Positions 13,329 through 24,000 of a DNA stretch of 64,000 nt are shown here, in pieces. This DNA comes from Adineta vaga (lineage: Eukaryota > Animalia > Rotifera). The notes beneath the pieces were generated by a model. It was not told the origin of the DNA and searched no databases. It saw nothing but the letters and a program-made list of their open reading frames with translations. The translations under genes and the position numbers were made by a program. The first letter of the stretch is position 1; every line of letters begins with the position of its first letter. Location of the stretch: positions 13,516,001 through 13,580,000 of the forward strand of contig CP075495.1 of NCBI GenBank assembly GCA_021613535.1. Reading direction: 5' to 3'.

Positions 13329-14722
13329 ATGAAGTTTTTTTATTGGAAATAAATTTTCCTTTTTAGTTGAAAAAATATTGGTTAGAATTATTGGAAAGTC
13401 ACGTTATCCACTACCAAATGACAATAAGAAAATCTATTTTTAGCCTTCAGAAAATGATTCGTTTCTTGAAGATTTCTTTATAGTGAGAAATAGTTTTCTC
13501 TAAGAACGTCATATATATAATGGTGAACTGATTGATCAATGAATTGAATTGGAAAAAAACTATCAAATCGTTTACTTTTTTCAAATTTCATCACAATGGT
13601 TAAATGATCGTTTAATGATCTGCAACAGCTTGTGGTTTGAAATGATCAATCTGTCTCAGTTTCTGTATTTATCTGTTGATATGCTACTTTTGAAAAGATG
13701 TTTGATAAATCTCTAAATATGAAAAGAATGATTTCGTTTCATTTTTTTGAAAATATTTATATGAAATGATAGTCGAGATGACAGTGCTTAATAGTATAAT
13801 TAACTTATGATGAAAACAGATAATGAAATATTTTCATCATCCTTTATCAAAATTATCGAATAAAATTATTGTTTTCTGCAGATTATTTTATTTCGAAATG
13901 TAGTTTTGAAGAAAACTCTTCATATTAATGAATTCTATTTTAGTCGAAAATATTCATTGATTTTAATCGCGTATTTCTTTTCAGCAATATTAAGTAATCC
14001 TTCATTCTGTTATTCAATTTAGTTGAGACTTTTTTCTAAATACTTTCCAAATTTATTAATTTTTTAATAACAAAATCGAAATTATTGATATTTTGAAATT
14101 GTTTTATTTTAAAGATAATCTTATTCAAAATCAAAAAGAAAAATTCTTTTCAAATATTTTTATAAAGAAGAAAATGAAATATTCAGTTAGTTTAAGAACA
14201 ATTTATTAAAACAATTCAATGAATAATTGAAATAAATATTAAAAATAAAATCGAATAAGAAGAAATTTTAACTGGAAAAGCATTTTTTATTTAAAGGAGA
14301 ATTTCCATCTGAATCAAATGGTGAAAACTAACAATTCTTTCAATAAAAATTGAAAGAAAACTATTAAAATATCGAAGTAAAATATTTCCTGTTATTTTTG
14401 ATTTAAGTCAATGATTAACATGTCAAATTTCTTTTTAATCTTCTTCCAAATTATTATCCTGAATCACTTTTCGAAGAAAGATTTGAAATTTTCATATATA
14501 TGATCATTAATATACTATCATCGGAATGATTTTATTCATGGAAATATTCAAAAACAAATTCAAGATAAAAATACTTTTATTTTTTCTATAATTTAATAAA
14601 GACACTAATAATATTATATCAAATTTTATAGATTGTTTATTGAATAAAAATTAGTTGATTAGTGTCAATGAACAACTTCTATTAAAGCTCTAAAATCTAT
14701 GTCAGATAATCTAGATCTAGTT

Positions 14723-15150
14723 CTACATGAAATCTGCAATGACTGTATCACACGCCTGTTGTAAACCTTTTGGAAATTCAAGATTAAGGACTTGAAGTCA
14801 ATGTGATTGTTCACGAGCAGTTATATCTTCAATTTGTTATATAAGCGCATCATCTAAGCCCATAGCGCGTTCTAATCGATAAATAGCGTCTCGCTCATCT
14901 TTATGTAATTCATTGTCAGCAGATGCAGTTAGAAACCCATCGAAAAGAGTTGATCGAGATGTAGCTTCAGTAAATTATCTTCTTTCATCGATCGTCTTTT
15001 CGAGATCCTCTTTACTTGGCATATATGTTTTGAAAAAAATGTACATTTCTTCAGTACCACCTTTCACTGCTAGATTACCTAAAATCCATTGACGTTCTTT
15101 CTCATACAGCCAATACACTATCAGCTCCGTTCACTATGATAATATTGTTG
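14723..15150 (-). pseudogene. TerB-like (bacterial-type) protein pseudogene
   Basis: Minus strand reads VNGADSVLA(frameshift)EKERQWILG...FLTASADNELHKDERDAIYRLERAMGLDDALI*QIED...LEFPKG: two ADxxLxxxE-type motifs typical of TerB-like proteins, three in-frame stops, no introns. Confidence 0.65.
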
Positions 15151-15178
15151 AACGTACTAATGAATAACAATATCATGC

Positions 15179-15347
15179 ATGTTAATTTTTGTTATTCATT
15201 TGTGTAACAGGTTGTCTTTATGCGTGTTAATAGCGAGTATAGATCTTAGTTTAATAAAAGAACTAACTAACATTTACTTTTAATTGTTGATAGTATTCGT
15301 AATTATTGCTTCACACATTTGAAATATGATCAAATGTATGATCACGA
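15179..15347 (+). repeat. 169-bp direct repeat, copy B
   Basis: Near-identical to 4991-5159. Confidence 0.95.
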
Positions 15348-16031
15348 GAGGGTCTACCAGGATTTATTTATTTCATATGGATTTATTCTCAGACTCACAC
15401 CTTCACTAACACTCTTACCATGTACTCTCACCTAACACCCTCAATTGAATTACAAACATGTTAATTAAAAGACAAAATATGAATTCAAATAATCTTTTTT
15501 GTTCATTACATGGATCAAAAAAGATTATATCAATTATTTCCGCGGGCGGGGACCGATCCCCCAATCCCCTCCCTTCTGCGTTCGTCACTGTCACCTACGC
15601 CATACTCCGAAAAAAAAGAAGTTTCGCGAAGGAAAAAACAATGGAAATTTTCATTCTTTTTTTCTTTCCTGTTGTTTTTTAAGATGCAATGTGTATAGAC
15701 TTCCTGTATACAGTGACTCTAAAATCAATGAATGAGATTTCAACCATTATGCTCATCCTGAGTTTCGACTCGACCCATGGAAATATATAGTTTGTGCTCT
15801 GTCACTACATTAATGCCTTTAATATGATACGGTAAATGTATAAATATGATGTCATTTTTATCGTGACTTAGTTTCATTACGTTATCGCTTACTCCTACAT
15901 ACATATTCTTTTTTAATATACATCTACATAAAAGCAGTTTTTTTTAAAATTAAAGTGTTTGTTTTGGTTATTTGATAATACGGTTTCACTACTCTTTAGA
16001 TTTAAATACTATTATTCATTTGATCAAGAAT

Positions 16032-17982
16032 ATGGAATCATCAGATCCTTATATGCCTCACACAACAACTACATATAATAATAGCAATCTACAACCAACA
16101 GAAAATGTACCCTCCGAAAACTCTAATTCGGTATGTTTTTGCAAAATTTTCTTAAAACATCTTTATATTTATAATTTACCTATCGTAGATACATATTAAT
16201 ACTAACAGTGTGACTGGTGATCCACAAGAATGTAGAAGATATTTAGATAATCTTCGTGCACAAAATTGTACAAACAATGCCATATATACAAATAGATCTA
16301 GTAATAACCGTAAGTTCAATACTGTTATAGTTCTATTTTCATATAAACTTTGAACAGAAATCGTTTGACCACAAGAAACAGAATATTTCCATATACAAGT
16401 TTGTGCTGAAATCGTATATAGAATCAAAGGAATCTTAAGGATAGCTTTCACGCGTCAGAAAGTAGCAGGAAAGTAATAGTTAGCTGTAATATATTCTTTA
16501 TTGACAGTAAAATCACCTAGTGTACTTTCTTGCATGACAACTATTCATTCAACTCACTTATTGCTCCAACAAACTACTATATATAGTTAATTTATGCTTG
16601 ATTTGATTGAAACTTCGACAAAGTGATGATCTTAGTCATAAGTTATGTTGTATTTTAGAGTTTACTGTCGATTCACCAAACACTGCAAATGGTCATTACT
16701 ATGATTCCTCAACTACAGAATCTAGTACGTGTCTAGTTTTATTGATTTCACTGAGTCAATTAACAGACAACTTTCTACTTTAGGTTCTCATGGGCAAGGC
16801 AATGATTCACAACCATCAAAAATTATAATAAAATGTCAACCAAAGTCGACATATTATCCACGAACAAAAATGTATTTGAACCAAGTACTTCATTACATAC
16901 AATCTGAAGAAAATAGTACCGACAAATATCCATCAATATATGTAAGTTAACAAGGAACAAAAAGAGGAAACGATAAACTAGTTTCTATTTCTAGTTATTT
17001 CCAGAATGGAAAGAACAATCCTTTGATAATATTATTGAAGTTGCTCATATAGATGTTGACGAAGAACTTCATCCATATCCGATGCGATATAACGAAGCTT
17101 CACCGGACATTTGGACAGCTGAAAACAATGGTCCAAGCTATTTAATTTTCGTGTAACTTCTGAAGATTTTGCTAATGGTTCAAAAATGTAAGCTTCTTCT
17201 TATTTTGTGCTAACCATATGATATTAATAACTGATTCTATCTTTCACAAATAGGTTTCAGATTGCAATATGTAAACTTCAACAAGGAAATGGTATTACAA
17301 AAAAGATCATTCATGATAAACAACTGAAAAATCTATGTTCCATTTTACACGAATCTATTTGGATAGTAAAACGAATCAGTACACGTATGACGAAAATTCT
17401 TCAGTTAATACTTGTATCATGACTGAAAGTAAGAACGAAAACAAAGGAGTTCCCTAAGAAAAATATCTTATTTACGATATCCATATTGTTTTTGTAGAAT
17501 ACAAAAATATAGCTGTTAAACATATCAATCCTAATTATGGACCTCTTGCTAGTAACCAAATAGTAGATGTGGTTTTTACAGGTTTCGAAGTAAACGATAA
17601 AAATAAATTACGTTTTCAAATTTCTGCAGAAAAATATAATTGGACTCATGAAATAAACACATTTGACTCGACAGGAAGTACAATCCATTTAACCATGCCT
17701 ACTTGGTTAACTTACAAACTACAGAAATTTCAGCAAAGATCGTTGTCTTTTATGAAGAAGAATCGATTTATGAATCACCTTATGAATTTAATGCAAACAT
17801 AGATCGTAAGTATATATTCTGATTCCTTTGTTTCTCATTCTTTTTCTCTAGTAATAAAACGAAAATTAGTTGATACAAGTGCATCTGTATCAAATGAGAT
17901 TTAACCAAGTTTACCTTCTACTTCACGTTCATTATCATCGACTGCAAAAGAATCGAACAACAAACGTTTACGTAAAGCTTAA
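16032..17982 (+). pseudogene. Rel-homology/IPT paralogue 2, disrupted
   Basis: IIIKCQPKSTYYPRT..HYIQSE..YPSIY, IIEVAH..HPYPM and KHINPNYGPLAS align with paralogues 1 and 3 with the same intron positions; frameshifts near 17140 and 17705 and a premature TAA near 17902. Confidence 0.75.
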
Positions 17983-18536
17983 TAGACTTGATTTTTGAAT
18001 GCTGAAAGTGAAAACTTCTTTTTTTCCATTATCGATTTCGTATTGACAGTGCTTTTATGATATTCTCTTTTGAGTTTTAGCGTTTGTTTTTATCTGATCA
18101 TTCAATTTTATGTTCCTTGATTATCTGTGTGTAAGAGAATATATGTTTATGTAATAAATTCAGAATCAATGTTAAAGTAAATATTATTTGACAGATTTGA
18201 AACAAAGCTTTACTCGATCGATGATGCACACTGATTCACCTCTTTTATGACCTGATTCATTCAAGTATTGATACGCTTTATAACTCATATAAATCATATC
18301 AGAAAGAGAAACGGAACTAAACGAAAATCTGGATCAATAGGAGAAATGATTCGTATATTTGAGTTTTTTTCTTCAAGACAACAAGCTTAACTACGACTCC
18401 CTGCAGTCATTCTTTCTTTCTTTTGTACATCTACTATTGATATATTTTTTTCGACAAATGACTAATATGTTTTGAATAAATACACCAATCTATCTTATAT
18501 TCAAATCGACAACAAATTTCTATCAAAGAAAATGAG

Positions 18537-20561
18537 ATGAAATTCAAGTGGTTATTAGATGGTATAACGAAGAAATCATCTGAACATATTTCAATTCGTA
18601 ATTTACAAAACTTTCTACTCGTTTGGTTGGATATTAATATTGACGAAGAAAATAATCCTGATTGTTGTAATACTATTCGACAATTACGAGAAACAATCAA
18701 TTGTTTAAAAATATTTACTGATGTTGATCAATGTATCGATTTTATAACAAATATCGAAGATGAAAAGGTCTTTCTTATTCTCTCCGGATCACTTGGTCAA
18801 ACAATTGTACCAGTTATAAATAATATTTCTCAAATCGATTCTATTTATGTATTCTGTAGAAATGAAAGAAAACATAAACAATGGGCTGAACATTGGTTAA
18901 AAATTCGTGGTGTTTTTACGAATATTCAGTTAATATGTGAAGAATTAAAACAAGCTGCAAATCAATGTGATAAAAATGCCATATCAATTGGTTTTATATC
19001 ATCAGATCAAAACTCTGATCAAATCAATTCATCATTTATGTATACACAAATTTTAAAAGAAATTTTATTAAAAATTCAATATGATAAACAATCCTTGAAT
19101 GAATTAATTGATTATATTCGTGAACAATTTAGAGATAATTCAATCGAATTAGAAAAGATTAATAAATTAGAAAAAGAATATCACAATTATTCACCGATCT
19201 GGTGGTATACATATGATTGTTGTTTATATTCTATGTTAAATCGAGCATTACGTACGATGGAAGTTGATATTATTATAAAAATGGGATTTTTTATTCGAGA
19301 TCTTCATAAAAATATTGAAACATTACATTCTCAACAATATACTTATAAAAATAAGAAACAATTATTAACTGTTTACCGTGGACAAGGTTTATCACGAACA
19401 GATTTCGATCAATTGATAAAAACGAAAGGTGGATTATTATCATTTAATAACTTCTTATCTACAAGTAAAAAACCAAATATTTCTTTACAATATGCTCGTC
19501 GTTCACTAACAAATTTAGATTTAATCGGTGTTTTATTTGTTATAATTATTGATCCGTGTTTATCATCGACACCTTTTGCATCAATTAAAAATGTTAGCTG
19601 TTATCAATCTGAACGTGAAATACTTTTTTCTATGCATAGTGTTTTTCGTATTGGTCAAAGTAAACAAATTGATTATGATAATGATCGTTTATGGCAAGTA
19701 GAATTAATCTTAACAATTGATAATGATCCTCAACGACGCGTATTAACGGAACGAATACGGGCAGATATTCGAGGAATTAATGGTTGGCAATATTTAGGTA
19801 AATTTCTAATTATGCTTGGTCAATTTCAAAAAGCAGATGATTTATATACGATTTTATTGGATCGAACAAGAAGTGAAAGTGATCGAGCACAATTTTATCA
19901 TCATCTTGGAGTCATTAAAGATGGAGAAGGTGATTATGATATGGCGATTGATTATTATGAAAAATCATTGAAAATCAATCGTGAAATTCGTTCACAAGAT
20001 CATCATTATCTTGCTAGTACTTATAGTGGAATTGGTTTAGTACATTTCAAAAAACATAACTATATCGAAGCACTACAAGCACATGAAAAAGCCTTAGAAA
20101 TCTTTCGAAAAACTTTTGTACAAAATAATTCACATATTGCGATATCTTATGGAAATATTGGTAAAGTATACGATGCCATGGGTGAATATACACAATCTTT
20201 GATATCGCATGAAAAAGCATTAGAAATTTTTCAAGAAACTTTACCGTCAAATCATTTCCGTCTAGCAACTTGTTATTTCGATATTGGTCAAGTTTATTAT
20301 AAAGTCAATCATTTTTCTCAATCACTTTCGATGCATATCAAAGCATTGGAAATTCGTCGACAATGTCTTTCACCAAATCATCCATTATTAGCTGCTTCTT
20401 ATAATAGTGTTGGAGAATTATATTTTAAAACCGAAGAATATACCAAAGGACTTACTTATATTAAACATGCAATCGAACTTGGTCAACGATCATTACCTTC
20501 TAATCATCGTGATCTTGAACTTTATAAACAGAATCTCAATTTCTGTCAAGTGTCTTTTTAA
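18537..20561 (+). CDS. Intronless NAD+:arginine-type (R-S-E) ADP-ribosyltransferase domain plus TPR repeats, 674 aa
   Basis: WWYT..LYSMLNRALR, VYRGQGL (R), FLSTS (STS), SEREILF (ExE), followed by ~6 kinesin-light-chain-type 42-aa TPRs (e.g. HPLLAASYNSVGELYFKTEEYTKGL); N-terminal LVWLD...DQCIDFI...LILSG receiver-like domain. Confidence 0.88.
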   Translation: MKFKWLLDGITKKSSEHISIRNLQNFLLVWLDINIDEENNPDCCNTIRQLRETINCLKIFTDVDQCIDFITNIEDEKVFLILSGSLGQTIVPVINNISQIDSIYVFCRNERKHKQWAEHWLKIRGVFTNIQLICEELKQAANQCDKNAISIGFISSDQNSDQINSSFMYTQILKEILLKIQYDKQSLNELIDYIREQFRDNSIELEKINKLEKEYHNYSPIWWYTYDCCLYSMLNRALRTMEVDIIIKMGFFIRDLHKNIETLHSQQYTYKNKKQLLTVYRGQGLSRTDFDQLIKTKGGLLSFNNFLSTSKKPNISLQYARRSLTNLDLIGVLFVIIIDPCLSSTPFASIKNVSCYQSEREILFSMHSVFRIGQSKQIDYDNDRLWQVELILTIDNDPQRRVLTERIRADIRGINGWQYLGKFLIMLGQFQKADDLYTILLDRTRSESDRAQFYHHLGVIKDGEGDYDMAIDYYEKSLKINREIRSQDHHYLASTYSGIGLVHFKKHNYIEALQAHEKALEIFRKTFVQNNSHIAISYGNIGKVYDAMGEYTQSLISHEKALEIFQETLPSNHFRLATCYFDIGQVYYKVNHFSQSLSMHIKALEIRRQCLSPNHPLLAASYNSVGELYFKTEEYTKGLTYIKHAIELGQRSLPSNHRDLELYKQNLNFCQVSF

Positions 20562-21217
20562 ATACAAGTTTTATGAAAAAAAATACATATATAAGTTCTG
20601 AAGAAGTTTTTTAGTGTTCAATTCTTTGATGTGTTCTATGGAGCTATTGTGATGTTTTTCTTCACTTATCAAACCCTTGAAGTTCTGACGTGTATAGGAA
20701 AAAAACAAAGAAGCGTGGTTTTTTCCCTTTTATTGTTGGTATATTTCAGGTATACTTATGACTAATATATAAAATTCAGCTATTCTTCATGAAATGATGC
20801 AATCATAAGCCTTTTAACTAATATAACAGCAGTAGCAAATCTTCACACTTTCTCATTATTGAATCCATGACGCACGCAAGTATCGTGATTATATTTTTGG
20901 TCGAACTCTGAAATTTTTCTCATAAATTAGTGACATCATGGTAATTTTACCTTGTAACACGCGTATAATTTATGGTAATGTCATCCAACAAAATACACGA
21001 TTTTATGAAATTTTTCGATTTTAGTTTTTAAGAAGAAAGATGTGCGTTAATTTGTTTCTATGATTCATGAGGAAGTAGATGGGAAAAAGCCATCTGCATA
21101 TTTTCACTTATATAAAACTGATACTATTATAGCGTATCATGATTTTGCGAAGAATTTTTGTACTTTCTTCTTCTTTAGATCCTTACATAGAAAACTTCCA
21201 TCTATTACAATTCTACA

Positions 21218-22934
21218 ATGAATTCATCAAATGATCGGCTGCCATTGAACAATTTGAATCAATTACATAAATTAGATTATGTGAATAATATTCAATCTTT
21301 TCAATCGAATAATTTATTAGTCATACCACGAAATATTGATAGTAAATATTTCTATAGAATCTTCTAGATTTTTAATATTATTTATTCTTAGATATAATAG
21401 TGTCACAAGGTATGTTAAACAGTAACGAAACGATGTTAGAGAACATGGAAGGTATATTTATATTTATTTTCATTCATGATAAGCAAATGAAATTTCTTTC
21501 TTTTTTCTAGTTAATGATAATCAATCTACAAGTGTTATTCTCGCTTGTTACACATCAAGTATATTTTCGACGTAATGGGAAAGAAGAAAAATCATTTTTC
21601 AAGTATTTATTTTTAGATTCTAATAAAATGACGTCATGTGATACTACACAAATATCAAATGATTCCACATATTTAATAAAATCAAGTAGATTCTATATTA
21701 TTTAAATCATTTTAATTAAATTCATTTCTTTTTCAAGCTCACTTATTTGATCATATGCAATCAATAAAAATTCAAATTAAACATCAACCACGTTCAAAAT
21801 TTCGTCCACGAACTCAAACTGAAAGTAAAACATCCTCACATTATATTCGATGTGAAGAAGATTCAGTTGCAGATTATCCAACAATTTATGTAACAAACTC
21901 TTCTCTTATATTTGAACATCATTGAACTATTCTTTCTATCTATCAATAGATACCACAAATATGGGCTCGTCAATCCGAAATGAATATTATCGAAGTAAAA
22001 CTTGTTGATATTGAAAAAAATCCACATCCATATTCGATTAATAACAAAACAAGTAAAAACAAACTTGACGAAGCAGCATTAGTTCTTCAAGAGAATGAAT
22101 CCAATACATTGTTCTTTCGTTTGACTAATGAAGATTTCTTAAGTGGTTGTAAAGGGTACGTTTGATATTTGTAGGAAATTATTTATGATATTCAATTTCG
22201 ATATTAAATAGTTTCATGATTGAATTTATTAAAAGTAAACAAGATCATGTTATTACAAAGAAATTGATTTCGCTACGAAATCTTCATCAATCTATGCTTT
22301 GTTTTACACGGATTTATCGAGATATAAATGGTCATTATCAACGTGATTTTGGTAGTGAAGCATATTCATGTATTATGACAGAAAGTAAGTAGAAGAAGAA
22401 AGAGATTAAGAATATATATATATATATATTTCTAGATTATGGTGATATTTCTATTGAACATATGGGACCACGATATGGACCAATGGATGGTCAAGAAATG
22501 GTATTTATCGTTTTTAAAGGCCGTATTACTAAAGAAGATATATCGGTTACTATATTTGAAAACGAAACGAATTGGCATGAAGAAATCAAACATTTTTCAT
22601 TGAATGGGAATGTTATTTATTTTCCCATGCTTCCATGTCCGAATTCCGAACGAACAAATGTACAAGTAATGCTGAGAATTTATTACAAAAAAGAAAAAAT
22701 CCATGAATCAAAATATATGTATATGAGTTTATTAAAACGTAAGTTTTCTCTTAATGCAAATTCATAAATTATTTCATTTTTATTTGTGTTTTAGAAAATC
22801 TTTTGGACAACAATATGAATGATACATTTTCAGATAGTCTTAGTTGTGATTCATTTAATGATATATATCCTATGTCGATGACGATTCCAAAAGGATCAAA
22901 AAAGAAATCACAAAAACGTTTAAATAGTAATTGA
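21218..22934 (+). CDS. Rel-homology/IPT paralogue 3
   Basis: IQIKHQPRSKFRPRTQTESKTSSHYIRCE..YPTIY, IIEVKLV..HPYSI, FFRLTNEDFL, IEFIKSKQD, IEHMGPRYGPMDGQEMVFIVFKGRI; basic tail KKKSQKRLNSN; TGA 22932-22934; exon layout as paralogue 1. Confidence 0.75.
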
Positions 22935-24000
22935 ATTACGTTACAATATAGACAAACAGATAAAGACAGAAAATATATCAATGTTGAACTATTTCTTATC
23001 AACAATCAACTAATGTTATTTATAGTTGTTTTTTATTTAGACAATTAATAAAATCGTTTTCGAATCTAGGTAATAGATCTTTATATTGTTCTCTGTTTAA
23101 ACAATTCTTGTAAATCTAACTATACCGTATTGCTAAGATAATGATTTTCTTCCATTTACCTTTGTTTTTCGTACGTCATATCGATTCATTTATTCATAAT
23201 AGTCATCTGCCATGAATCAGGTGACATTTAATATGACAATATTCCCATACATATCGATAAATAACTATGATTCATGTTAATATAGATTATGTCATAACAA
23301 ATGATTAAAAAACAACAATCGTTAATATCTTGTTTTTCTCACAATCATCAATATTTTTCCCGAAAAACAAATATCATCGCGATATTCTTTTGTGCGAGAG
23401 GAAACCTTCTATAATACCTTTTTTTGATTTGTGTGCTTCATATGACCTCAAAAGAAAGAAACAATCTTTACCTTCATATATCCCTCAGCGAAGCTCACCT
23501 GACTTATATTTGTCACACAGCAAATGTTTCTCTATAGCAACAGGAACAAATGAAAGCATGTAATATTATTATCAACATTTCATCGGAGAAGAAAAATAGA
23601 ATTGAAGTTTATTTCTAAATTCAAATGAGATGTTGGAATATGGAAATATATTTATATAACCAAATAGGGGCATTGGAAAAAGTTGTTTTTGTTTATCTTT
23701 ACTCGATATCTAGCAGGCACGTCATGAATTGTATGAGTCAAACTTCTTCATAGCCAAGCTACCAGAAAAAAGTAAACTGCGTCATACGTTCGATTCACTA
23801 TATAAATATGCATTTTTTTTTCTTTTTTTCTTAACCATCACTCATATGAATAGACGAATGATCCTTCTTTCAAGTAATTATTGACTAACAGTTGTGCAAT
23901 TATTTCACAATGTATCATTATTGACACGTCACTATAAAAGAAAAGTATTGCTCTTGAATAACATTATATTCAATAAGTATTGTATAGAAAAAAATAAACG

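Noticed and set aside
13400-14600. Possible further decayed coding sequence (also 6368-6780 and 10260-10620)
   Set aside because: Patches look protein-like but no family motif could be recognised.
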